Shown here: piece after piece, positions 49,576 through 60,470 of the stretch
Numbering within the stretch: the first letter of the stretch is position 1
Layout: each line of letters starts with the position of its first letter
Source of the DNA: a virus
Lineage: Duplodnaviria > Heunggongvirae > Uroviricota > Caudoviricetes
IMG/VR virus record: IMGVR_UViG_3300025162_000019
Span: 10,826 to 74,825 of that record
Length of the DNA: 64,000 nt
Strand: one strand, 5' to 3'
Position numbers and translations under genes: made by a program
The notes under the pieces: model-generated
Told to the model about the DNA's origin: nothing
Databases searched by the model: none
Seen by the model: the letters and a program-made list of their open reading frames with translations, nothing else

Positions 49576-49739
49576 AAATAAATGTTGACAAATGAAATCA
49601 AATATAGTATAATATTTTTAAGAGTTGAGGGGAACAAAAGAAAAAAGAAAAAAGATTAAAAAAGTTGTTGACAAACGGAATAGAGTGTGGTAAAATAAAT
49701 CATAAAATAAAACAAAAAGAAAGAAAAGGAGAATGTGTT

Positions 49740-50066
49740 ATGAATAAGAAAGACTTGATTGATTTTGTGGCAGAGGAAATGGGCGTGACCAAGAAGGAAA
49801 GTAAGATGGCGGTTGATGTGGTTATTGATGGTCTTACGGCTGGTCTTTTGGCAGACGGTAAGGTGACTTTGGTTGGGTTCGGTGTGTTTGAAGTGGTGAA
49901 GAGAAATGCCCGCACCGCTCGTAATCCTCAGACTGGTGAGGCTGTAGAAGTACCTGAGAAGTTCGTTCCGAAGTTCCGGGCTTCCAATACCTTGAAGGCG
50001 GCAGTTGTTGGTGGAGATTATACGCCGGTAGAAGATGTTGATGTCGCTGATGAAGTTGATGCCTAA
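49740..50066 (+). CDS. hup: HU/IHF-like DNA-binding protein with acidic tail
   Basis: MNKKDLI..V.L.GFG.F..R.AR.ARNPQTGE..P.F. Confidence 0.9.
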   Translation: MNKKDLIDFVAEEMGVTKKESKMAVDVVIDGLTAGLLADGKVTLVGFGVFEVVKRNARTARNPQTGEAVEVPEKFVPKFRASNTLKAAVVGGDYTPVEDVDVADEVDA

Positions 50067-50090
50067 TCAGCAACGGTAGTACCGATGTAC

Positions 50091-50125
50091 AAGAGGGAGG
50101 GGCTGTTCCCCCTCCCTCTTCTTTT
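50091..50125 (+). terminator. Intrinsic terminator after HU
   Basis: AAGAGGGAGGG/CCCTCCCTCTT stem plus T tract. Confidence 0.75.
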
Positions 50126-50133
50126 ATCTATTA

Positions 50134-50207
50134 GAGGGATTGGTCAAAAAGCAAGGTGACGGTCTGCAAAACCGTAGAAACGGGAGCGTTACCCGTATCC
50201 CTCTCCA
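50134..50207 (+). tRNA. trnC: tRNA-Cys(GCA), atypical T-loop AGCGTTA
   Basis: Loop CT-GCA-AA, U73, CCA. Confidence 0.85.
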
Positions 50208-50314
50208 ATCCTATAACCGATTTTAACCCCTTGAAATTACTGAGCTTTTTATTACATTTACAACTTACAAACACTATGGTATAATATGCCTAATATAATG
50301 ATGGAGTGTGAATA

Positions 50315-50893
50315 ATGATAGAAATACTTGAAGAAGCAGGATTTATACCAGCCCTTTATGGGCTTGGTCTTTCATATGGTTTGACATCTGATATACCTTA
50401 TAAGGATTTTCTTTTGAATAAACCTATGATTGATAAACTAAAGTCTGTATCATATAATTTATACTACAAAAATGGTGGCCATAATAAATTTCTTGAGCAT
50501 ATTGAAATATGGATGCTTGTTGATGCGCCGAGATTTTTTTGGTCGCAGGCTGATACATATAGGCTCTCCACTAAGCAGAGTGCTAGTACAATGCATACCT
50601 TAAAAAAACATATACTTACGCAGGATATGTTCTATGAACCAATTGAAGAAAATTATTTAAATTTCTTGAATTTAAAATTAAAATATGATACTATAACCAT
50701 AGATGAATTAAAAAGTGACTTGCCAGAAGGATTTATGCAAAAAAGAGAATGGAAAATATCATACAATGTATTAAGAAACATTATACTTCAAAGAAAAAAT
50801 CATGAATTACGATGTTGGAAGATTTTTTGTAGAGAAGCATTAGAAAAGGTTGAATGGAAAGAATATTTTGAGGACTTAAAAATTGGAGAATAA
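50315..50893 (+). CDS. ThyX-like (FAD-dependent thymidylate synthase fold) protein
   Basis: H.KFLE..APRFFW.Q.DTYR..S.STMH..LPEG..SY..LR.I..QR..H. Confidence 0.55.
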   Translation: MIEILEEAGFIPALYGLGLSYGLTSDIPYKDFLLNKPMIDKLKSVSYNLYYKNGGHNKFLEHIEIWMLVDAPRFFWSQADTYRLSTKQSASTMHTLKKHILTQDMFYEPIEENYLNFLNLKLKYDTITIDELKSDLPEGFMQKREWKISYNVLRNIILQRKNHELRCWKIFCREALEKVEWKEYFEDLKIGE

Positions 50894-51075
50894 ATTATGA
50901 ATATATTTGAAAAAAGGGTTTGGAATGAAAGTAAATTTGATACCGATACACCAGTTCATATTGAAGTACGAGATTGTGGAATATTTGTAGTGGGTCTTGG
51001 GTCTTGTATTTCCTGTAATGATTATGTTGATGCTCAATTAAAATATTACAAATTAACTGGAAGAGTATTTTTTAT

Positions 51076-51738
51076 ATGAAAGTAATACATTATGGTGATA
51101 GAAATTATTTTTTTCAAGAAAGTTCTGGTTTAGATGTATTACTTGATGAAATATTTAATGACAACTATAAGATTTTTGATAAAGGAATTATATTTGAACC
51201 TGATGATATTGTTGTAGATATTGGGGCGAATGTTGGAGCCTTTTCTATCCTACTTGCTAAAAACTTTCCTGATATAACAATCTATGCAATAGAACCTGTC
51301 CCTATTACATTTGGACTTCTTTGTTCAAATATTGAATTAAATGATGTAAAAAATGTTATACCTATACATACGGCTATCGGATATAATAATGGTATAATGA
51401 AAATACAATGTAATCAGTTTCTTGGCGGGTCATCTGCATATATGAGACAAAATGCTGATATAACTGATGAAGTTTATGTTCCTGTAATAACATTAGATAA
51501 TCTCTTTACATCACTTAAAATAGATAAAAAATGTAAGTTATTAAAGATAGATACTGAGGGCGCTGAATATGATATATTGTATCATACAAATATGCTGAGT
51601 AATATAAAATATGTTGTGGGTGAGTTTCATGAAAATCAATACCTTATTAGTTTAGGATATAATCCTCATACGTTGGCACATTATATATCGCAGCAAACAA
51701 ATATGTTATACTATGAAACTTGTCATATGTCCGAATAA
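51076..51738 (+). CDS. FkbM-family methyltransferase
   Basis: VDIGANVG, IEP, LKIDTEGAE. Confidence 0.85.
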   Translation: MKVIHYGDRNYFFQESSGLDVLLDEIFNDNYKIFDKGIIFEPDDIVVDIGANVGAFSILLAKNFPDITIYAIEPVPITFGLLCSNIELNDVKNVIPIHTAIGYNNGIMKIQCNQFLGGSSAYMRQNADITDEVYVPVITLDNLFTSLKIDKKCKLLKIDTEGAEYDILYHTNMLSNIKYVVGEFHENQYLISLGYNPHTLAHYISQQTNMLYYETCHMSE

Positions 51739-51739
51739 T

Positions 51740-51931
51740 TTAAGGAGTATCGTTGAAAATTTTATCTTCTTCTTTATCCGTTTCAAGTTCTACTTCTTTT
51801 TCAGCCTTTATTTCTTCCAATTCTTCTTTGCAACCATCATCCCATCCATGCTTGCAGCCAAATATATAGCCAATAGTAAAAACTATACATAGAATAAATA
51901 GAATCGGGAGAATTAAAATTAAATAGCTCAT
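51740..51931 (-). CDS. Small membrane protein
   Basis: N-terminal TM, SD GAGG. Confidence 0.45.
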   Translation of the reverse strand: MSYLILILPILFILCIVFTIGYIFGCKHGWDDGCKEELEEIKAEKEVELETDKEEDKIFNDTP

Positions 51932-52023
51932 ATATTACCTCTTTAAGTATTATTTATATTTTTCTTGACATTTTATGAATAATAATGTATAATCAATTTA
52001 TAAATTAAAGAAAAGGAGTAGAA

Positions 52024-53237
52024 ATGAGTAGATTTAGAAATTTAGAATGCCCTATTTGCGGAATAAGACATTGGAAATATCCGTTAAAATGCATTACTGA
52101 TGTAAATAGAGGATATAATAAAAAAACCTTTATTAGATATGCTGCTGAAACTATTACTGCATTTAGGGACTATTGTTTTAATATGGGATTTACCATTGAA
52201 CCAGATCATAGTGTAGTATTTACAAATCCTGTTAGAAATCCAGGTAGAAACTATGCAGAAGATTTTTATACAAGCAGAGAAGAAGAAAATAATAAGGAAT
52301 TTTTTATATTGCCAAAGGAATTTTTTACAATATGATTAAACGAATTAAACATTGGTTTGCACATCTTTTTAATTGGAATGAAGGTGAAATTGTTATGTGG
52401 TGGGAAGGGGGCATTTTGATGGTTGGATTTAAGTGTTCTGGTTGTGGTGAAATTCAAGACATTTCAAGTACAGGATTAAGGAGATAATATGAAAAGATTT
52501 ATTGCAGGAACATTGATTGCGGTTTGTTTGTTTGGTCTATTTGGTTGTGCATCGCCAAAAAATATCAATGGTATACGATATGATACATATGGGATTTTAA
52601 ATGCTTCAGATAAGAAAAATCCTAACATATCATATGAAGTGTCTATTGGTAACATTATCTGGTCTGCACTTTTAGTAGAAACAATTATAGTACCTATTTA
52701 CTTTATTGGGTTTGATCTTTATGAACCAGTTGGTGTAAAGAACGCTGGAGAAATTAAAGGGGCTATTTAATGGTTTCGTTAAAAGACTTAAAGGGACTAA
52801 AAGTAGGTGATTTAGTTGATATTAAACTGAAAGATGGTAAATATTATTTTACTTATACTATAGTCGAGATTTATATAAAGAAGAAAAGTCAAGTACGAAA
52901 AATAAAAATAATAAAAGATTATATAGGAATAGTAGACAATATTTTATTAGATATTAATACTATTGAAGAAATAGCAATCTATGACGATTAAAGGATTTAT
53001 ATAATGATAGATATAAAAGATTTGAACGGTCTTGAATCCGGTGATAAAATAGATATTAAAATGAAAAATAATAATATGTATAAATCTGTTTCAATAGGTG
53101 GATTTGTACATTCTAAAACGATTACAAGTCCAATAACTAATATATTAATAATAAGTAGAATGGGATCAACAAACTACTCCTATGATATATTATTAGATGT
53201 TAATGAAATTGAAGAAATAACAATCTATGATAATTAA
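52024..53237 (+). other. Hypothetical ORFs 52024-52335, 52489-52770 (lipoprotein, LFGC), 52770-52991 and 53004-53237 (paralogs, also related to 54430-54690)
   Basis: ORF track; shared xDLxGLxxGDxxDI N-termini. Confidence 0.55.
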
Positions 53238-53246
53238 AGGATAAAT

Positions 53247-53720
53247 ATGGTCTTAAAAAAAGTTATAAGTGGTGGTCAAACTGGTGCCGATCAGGCCGGA
53301 CTATCTGCTGCATTTTATAATGGTATCGAAACTGGCGGTTGGGCTCCGAGAAGATACATGACTAAAGAAGGGCCAAATCCTGACTTATTAAGAAAATATA
53401 AAATGACTGAGCATCAGGATAGTGGGTATCCTCAAAGAACTTTCGCTAATGTTAAAGATAGTGATGGAACTATTAGACTGGCAATAAACTTTGAAACGCC
53501 AGGCGAAAAATGTACACTTAAAGCTATTAAGGAATATAAAAGGCCATATATTGATGTTGATTTAAACAATCCGCCAGACCCCTTTGAAGTTATTAAATGG
53601 ATGTATAAGTATAACATTGAAACACTGAATGTAGCTGGTAATGCCAATCAAAAAAATAAAGATATATATTCAATGGCATATAATTATTTAATACCTATTT
53701 TTAAGAAGATGAAAGAATAA
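53247..53720 (+). CDS. MoCo-carrier-like / SLOG-family protein
   Basis: ISGGQTGAD.A.L, GGWAP, RT..NV.DSDGT, LNVAGN. Confidence 0.8.
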   Translation: MVLKKVISGGQTGADQAGLSAAFYNGIETGGWAPRRYMTKEGPNPDLLRKYKMTEHQDSGYPQRTFANVKDSDGTIRLAINFETPGEKCTLKAIKEYKRPYIDVDLNNPPDPFEVIKWMYKYNIETLNVAGNANQKNKDIYSMAYNYLIPIFKKMKE

Positions 53721-53721
53721 A

Positions 53722-55978
53722 ATGAAAAAATACACAATAGATTACGGTAATTGGCATAGAGGGCAGAGTAAAACTTTTTTCTTTAAAAGGAATGCTTTAA
53801 AATTTCTTAGGACGATAGAAAATTCTTATAGTGAAATTTCTTTATATAAAAAAGGTTCAAATGATCCAATTTTTAAAAAGACTTTCTATAACCGTAATAT
53901 TATCCCTAGTTATGAAGAATATACATAATGGAAAGATCAATAATGCAATGGAAATGCCCATTTTGTGATTTACTTTTTCATTCAGAATATTATAATGAAA
54001 GTGAAGAAATAAAACTTGAAGTTATGAAGAAAATTTTAGAATCTGTAACTAATCATATTTGTAAAATTCATAAACATAGTAGTGAAGAAAGGATGAAAAA
54101 ATGGCTACATTAGACCTAAGTGCAGAAGGTATTGGAATGTTATATTTACATTGTAACGAAATGCAAAAGGAATATGTTCTCGCAGTTGAAGCCATGGGAA
54201 AAGAGTATGATGCACAACTTAATGAAGTAAATACTATTGTGCATGAAACAAATAAATACCTTGAAGCATTTACATGGTTTTATATAAAGTTAATAGAGGA
54301 AAACCCTGATGAATATATGAGATTTTTTAACTCAAAATTTAAAAAGAATATAGATAATATATATCAATCTGTTAATGATAAGTATGAAATGTATAGGGAT
54401 TATGTAAATAGAACAGTAAGGAGTGAAAAATGATACACTTTAATGACATAGAAATGAATGGTTTAAAATATAATGATTGCATAGATATAACTTTAACAAC
54501 TTCATTTCAGGGGTATAAGAAGTTTTACTTCAATGGATTTGAAACAGTAAATGTAATACATAATGGTATCAAGCAAGATATGATTTCCCATATTATTATT
54601 ACTGTAGCTAAATCAATGCCTGGAATTACACAGGTAAATAAAATTAAGATACCTATTGATAATGTAGAAAGTATAACAATAAATGAATAGGGGAAAGTTA
54701 TGGAAACTGGTAATTTTGAAAATGGGAAGGCTAGAAAAAAGGAACTAGCTGATCAGCGTCTTATTAATTGTAATCTTTGCCCTTATCATCGTGGGGAAAA
54801 TAGGACATATCATAGACCTCGACCTGATAAGTACAAGAACAAAAGAAGCGTTCCATTAAAGAAAATTAAAACTTTTGAAGGGTTAGTTGCTGATTTTAAC
54901 GATTTCATAGAGAGGATTGACAATGAGCGATAGTTATGCGGCTGCTGATAGGTTAGAAGCCAAAGTTGGTTGGGATAATGATAAACTAGGTGTTAATTCA
55001 AGGCCTTCTAATTATGGCTTATGTTCTAAGTGTAGTTCTCTTGCAATAAGAAAAACTAAATTATTTGATGAAGATGTCTGGTGTATTAGACAAACAGATA
55101 TAACACTTAGAAAATCCAAACTACAACCTAATAGATTTGATCCTGTAGTTGAATGCTCTGATTTTTATCCAGTAGGCATGATGGATTTATTTACTATGAA
55201 CCAGATTGCATTTATTATTGATGTAAAGAAAAATACAGTAGGTTTTAGCGGAACAGAAAATATTGTTACTATTACTGAACCTTTAGTAAATAAAAAGGAT
55301 GAATAGTGGAATATAATCAAAAAAATCTTAAACTTGTAAGTGATTGTATTAAAAGAAATCTAACTCCCGATTTATTACCTAAAAAATGGTTGGATAGAAA
55401 TAAAAATAATCCAATGGCGGGTCATTGTCATACAGCTACAGGATGTTTATTTAAAATTTTCGGTTCTAAAAATATTAAATTATATAGAGTATTAGATGAT
55501 GAAAAGGTATGGCATTGGTGGGCAGTTGATAATGATTTTAATATTATAGATTTAACGTCAGAACAATATACGTTAATAGGAAAACCTTTACCATTATATG
55601 AAAATGGTGAGAAAATGAAATCTCTTTTAGGGTGGGATTATATAAAACGAGTTATGATACTTTATGAACTGGTATCAAATGAACTTATAACATAGGAGAA
55701 TAATGGAAGATAACTACAAACTATTGCAAGAAACTTTGGATGGTGCATTAAAACAAGCATCAGATGGAAAAGGAAAAGAACGACACGCAGATAATCAAAA
55801 TTATGACGAGCAACCTATCATGTGGATTGAAAAATACTTCGCAAGTTATCAATTAGGTCAAGCAGTAAAGAAGATGCATGAAAGTCAGAGATTACCTAAA
55901 GAAATGGCAATTGAAGAATTGAAAGGTGCTATAAACTATATCGCTGCAAAAATAATCTTCTTACAACAAAACAAATAA
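53722..55978 (+). other. Run of small coupled hypothetical ORFs (53722, 53928, 54101, 54430, 54700, 54917, 55306, 55703)
   Basis: ORF track with overlapping stop/start codons. Confidence 0.55.
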
Positions 55979-56005
55979 AATATAGTTTTCCATAAATATA
56001 TAAAA

Positions 56006-56401
56006 GTGTTTATGGAGGATTATATGAAAGCAGAATTTAGAAGCGAACTAACAGCAACTCTTATTACAGATAGAACATGGCGACTACATGAACCTCTTGT
56101 TTTTTATAGTGATATACTTAAACAGGAAGTTATTGTACCTAAAGATTTCTTTACAGATTTTGCAAGTGTAAGACGAGTACCATTTATTTTTGATTTTCTC
56201 GGCGATGAAGCACATGAAGCTGCCGTCATCCATGATTATTTATATAAGAAAAATAGTATTCCTGTAGTTGAAAGAGAAATAGCAGATGATATATTTGATG
56301 AGGCGATGATTGCATCAGATATATGGAAGTGGAGACGAATGATTTTCTATTACGGCGTAAGAATTGGTGGTGAACTTTTTTATCATAAACATTCTCTTTA
56401 A
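56006..56401 (+). CDS. DUF1353-like protein
   Basis: VP..F.TDFASV..AAVIHDYLY..AD..F..V. Confidence 0.75.
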   Translation: MFMEDYMKAEFRSELTATLITDRTWRLHEPLVFYSDILKQEVIVPKDFFTDFASVRRVPFIFDFLGDEAHEAAVIHDYLYKKNSIPVVEREIADDIFDEAMIASDIWKWRRMIFYYGVRIGGELFYHKHSL

Positions 56402-56504
56402 ATTCTTTCAAACAAAGGAGGTTAGAAATAGCCTCCCTTTCTATTTTTCCCTTGACAAATAAATAAATCTATGGTATAATGAAAACAAAAAAAGTGAGGA
56501 TTAT

Positions 56505-58031
56505 ATGGTATTTCCTTTTGATTACGAAGAAAGAATAGACCCCAAATATATTGGTGTCCCTAATGTTAATTTTTCTATTGCCGATGAAGAAGATGAAAAG
56601 GATGGTGAATACAAAGCACAAAGACTTGAAAGAGGATTTGATGATTCTGAACTATGGAACCTAGATTGCACTATTGCAAAATTTGTTCTTCCTCGTCTAA
56701 AGGCTTTCAGGGTCAATCCGCATGGTTGGCCTTCCAGAGTTTGTTCATATGAAGAATGGCTTGAAATTCTCGACAAGATAATCTTTGCACTTTCTTATAT
56801 CGCAACTGAAGATGATGATGATTTTACAGATGAAACGTATGATAAAGTAGAAAATGGATTAAAACTGTTTGGTATATACTTTAGATCATTATGGGATTAA
56901 AATGAATAGAGTTGATGAAATACGGAAAATCGTTTATATACAACCAAATATAACAGGCCAGTTTCTTGTAAAAAACTCTGATTGTATATTTGTATTCGGT
57001 GATAACATTATTCATCGTGGTAAGAAAGGTGCGGCAACATTAAGAGATTACCCTAATACTCATGGTTTTGTAACAAAAAAGTTCCCTAATAATGATAAAG
57101 AAAGTTTCTATAAACCTACTGAATATAAAACAAAGTATATACAGGAACTTGAAAAACTAAAAAAGAAAGTTATTGAGAACCCTGATAAAATCTACCTTAT
57201 AACAAAACTAGGATTTAATCTAGCCAACAGGTATCATATCTTTGAACAAGTGATAGAACCAGACATAAAGAAATCATTAGAAGTATATAACAATGTAATA
57301 TTTTTATGGTAAGGAGAACAGATGAAACGATTGATTAGGGAAAATCAAGGCTGTTATAACTGTAAGAAACATAATGAAAAAAGTTGTAATGTATATAAAG
57401 AAACTAATACAAGACCAGATGATTATGATTGGTGTTACGGATACATAAAAAGAAAGGATTAAAATGGAAAAATCTATTTGTATTAAATGTGTATGGGCTG
57501 ATTGTAAATCTGCCAAGTCTGCTATTAATGTGAGTTGTTATCATCCATCCAATACTTATACAGCTACAAACTATGTTACAGGAAACCAGACCATAACATT
57601 TCAAAAATCTTGTATTGACAGAAATAGGTTTGGTAACTGTCGCGATTTTGTTGAAGATATAACACAATGGAGAAAGTTTTTAAGAAAATATTTTCTTTGG
57701 AAAGAATAGGTGAGAAATGATTGATCAAATTTATATGGTTGATAGAGATGGTCATAAAAGAAAACCTAATACACAGGAAAAGGAACAAGCTAAAGATATT
57801 CTAACCCAAATGTATAACAAGTATATTGAAGGCTTCATTGGTATATTTGGTGTATTTATATTTTTAATGGGCTTCAATACTTATTTGTTTATCAATAATA
57901 TATTTCCTCTATGGCTAACACTATCCGGTTATGGTCTATTAGTTTGTGGATTACTTAGTCCTATTAAAATGATTAAAGATGAAACTGAAATATATGATGA
58001 AGCTATTAGGATTATTGATGAAGAAGTATAA
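56505..58031 (+). other. Hypothetical ORFs 56505-56900, 56869-57312, 57464-57709, 57717-58031
   Basis: ORF track; promoter at 56452. Confidence 0.55.
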
Positions 58032-58097
58032 AAATAATACTTGACAAATAGTACAAGATGTGTTATAATATATTTAATGAGTGAGAGAACAAAAATG

Positions 58098-58285
58098 TAT
58101 TGTTGGTAGATTTAATCCTTTTGTATTGTTTAATTTAAGTTTTCTTAGTGGTTGTTAGTCGTAGCAATAAGTAGTAGCAGTTAGTCGCCTGGATTAGGTG
58201 GTGTAAGTCTACCCTGTTAGTCTACGCTGTAATAAGCATCATCCATATAAAGAAAACGTCAATACAAAATATTTATCAACAAGCT
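58098..58285 (+). ncRNA. Candidate ~190-nt rod-like ncRNA with own promoter and terminator
   Basis: TTGACA58041-N17-TATAAT; nested long-range helices; terminator 58287-58333; no ORF. Confidence 0.55.
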
Positions 58286-58286
58286 T

Positions 58287-58333
58287 AAACCCTCTATAGT
58301 CTGGCTCCATCTTATAGCTATAGAGGGTTTTTG
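58287..58333 (+). terminator. Intrinsic terminator
   Basis: AAACCCCTCTATAG/CTATAGAGGGTTT stem plus T tract. Confidence 0.7.
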
Positions 58334-58398
58334 TTTATGAAAATAGTACTTGACATTTTTACATTTCTATAGTATAATGAAAACAAAAAGGACAGAAT

Positions 58399-59119
58399 AT
58401 GAAGAAAATTCCATCCAATCTCAACAATGATATTTTGGTAAAATTAAATCGTTCTGGTGTTGAAATCCTTAGTGATTATGTCATTAAAGGACAACACTAT
58501 GATGGCTATGAAGTCAATGATGAAGGATACACCAGATTTCAAGCATGGGAGTTTATGAATATTTTTGGTGAAGCAATGGTACAGGATGGACTACCAACAC
58601 CATTTGATATGAACATTTTAGTTGAGGTTGTAGATAATGAAAGACCAATATGATTTAGAAAATATGGAAGGTGAAAAGAATCCATATAAAGAAAGGAGAT
58701 ATAGTATGCCAGAATGTAGAAATATAGAAATAAGAGATACTAAATATGGCGCACAGCAAAAGTGCCCTAACTGTGGTGTATGGAATAGATCAGGACTTGA
58801 TTTGCCAAAAGAATGTTCTTGGTGTAGTGGTAAAGAAATTCCGAAACCTATTAAAATTAAAGTTTTTGAAAAGGAAGCCATTGAATATAGTCTAATAGAA
58901 CATGAATATACACTTGATGAACTATGGAATGAATTTGACGGCCTTGAAGATAACATTATCAGACCATTAATAACAATCATCCGAACTCAGCAACTTGAAA
59001 TCGGAAAGCTAAAAAACAATGACAGAGAAAAACTACTTGATAGAATTAAAGAAGATCAAATTAAAATGCAAGAGCTAAAAGATAAACTTGCAATAATCAA
59101 ATCGACAATAAACTGTTAG
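58399..59119 (+). other. Two hypothetical ORFs (58399-58653; 58637-59119 with CPNC/CSWC Zn ribbon)
   Basis: ORF track; promoter at 58351. Confidence 0.55.
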
Positions 59120-59142
59120 GAGAATGATAAGGATGACGAATA

Positions 59143-59451
59143 ATGACGCCAGAACAAATGAATGAAGTTATAAATAAGTATATTGATGTTCCTGTTTTAT
59201 TTAAGTTCTATAATCCTTGGTGCGGGCCTTGTAAAATATTGACACCTATTGTAGAGGATATATCAAATATTTTCGGTAATAAAATAAAAGTATTCAATAT
59301 TGACGCTGATTTGTGGCCAGATGTTGCTGATAAACATAATGTAATGGGAACCCCTACACTTATATTATATAAAGATAGTGTAGAGAAAGCACGATTTACA
59401 GGATTGCTTACTAAAGAATTTTTAATAGATATGATTACACGAAATCTTTAA
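59143..59451 (+). CDS. trxA: Thioredoxin
   Basis: WCGPC, GTPTL. Confidence 0.95.
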   Translation: MTPEQMNEVINKYIDVPVLFKFYNPWCGPCKILTPIVEDISNIFGNKIKVFNIDADLWPDVADKHNVMGTPTLILYKDSVEKARFTGLLTKEFLIDMITRNL

Positions 59452-59588
59452 TAAAATAATCTGTTGACAAATGTTTTACAATGTGTTATAATAAATTAAA
59501 AGTCGAAAATAAAAGGGGGTGGTTATCTTCAAATTGGGTGTGTTACAATGTTCTTTAACAACTAAACAATAAAAGGAGAAAATGTAAA

Positions 59589-60383
59589 ATGATTAAAAGT
59601 ATTAAAATGTTTGCGCTAGCAGTAGTAATGGTTCTATCCCTGTCAGGAGTTGGTATTGCCTGCGCCGGAAATGATAAGGATAATTTATCTCAAAATCAAA
59701 CACAGGGTCAATTACAGGGTCAGACTCAGCTACAGACACAAGGTCAATTGCAAGGGCAGGCACAAAGTTCAATTAATAATAATGATATAAAAAATACAAA
59801 CAATAATGACATTAGAAATACGAATACGAATTTCAATACTAATTTGAATAATACAACTTCAAAGGCTGATTCTAAGTCTATTTCAAATTCTAGTTCTAAA
59901 TCCAATTCTAAGTCAAATGCCAACAACTCATTTGAGGCAAATATTAACTATAATAATGATCGTGATGTTTTAAATACACCGCAAGTAGTTCCTTTTGAAG
60001 TCCCTATTCTACAGGGTGGAAAGATTGGTGATATGACAGATGTAATGCCTAATTTCGCTAATCCAGTATTAATAAGACTAACTCGTTATGATTACATTGT
60101 TAGTGTTCTTGATGTATATTATGGTAACATTTTTTCAAGGATTACTTATGATGAACTTGAACAATATTTGCTAAAGAAGGCTGCAAACTATGATGCCAAA
60201 AAGAAAATCCGTTATTCTGTTAAATATAAAGATAGTGTTTCTTCTGGTGGTGTAGGTGGTGGTGTAGCAGGTTCTCTTGTTTCAGGTAATGGTTTAGATG
60301 GTGGAACTCTTTCAGTATTGCCGGGTATCCATAGAAGCACAGCAGACCCGATCTTCATTATCACTTTTTATGAAGTAAAATAA
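59589..60383 (+). CDS. Secreted protein with Q/G and N/S low-complexity repeats
   Basis: Signal peptide; QGQLQGQ repeats; NNNDIxNT; SxSxS tract. Confidence 0.65.
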   Translation: MIKSIKMFALAVVMVLSLSGVGIACAGNDKDNLSQNQTQGQLQGQTQLQTQGQLQGQAQSSINNNDIKNTNNNDIRNTNTNFNTNLNNTTSKADSKSISNSSSKSNSKSNANNSFEANINYNNDRDVLNTPQVVPFEVPILQGGKIGDMTDVMPNFANPVLIRLTRYDYIVSVLDVYYGNIFSRITYDELEQYLLKKAANYDAKKKIRYSVKYKDSVSSGGVGGGVAGSLVSGNGLDGGTLSVLPGIHRSTADPIFIITFYEVK

Positions 60384-60384
60384 G

Positions 60385-60438
60385 TACTTGACAAAACATC
60401 CCTTCTGTGTTATAATCATTACATAATACAGAAGGGAT
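60385..60438 (+). repeat. 54-bp promoter-stem-loop direct repeat, copy 1
   Basis: Identical to 62006-62059; TTGACA-N17-TATAAT plus 16-bp inverted repeat. Confidence 0.9.
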
Positions 60439-60470
60439 TTTTTATTTATAAAAGGAATATAGGATAACTA

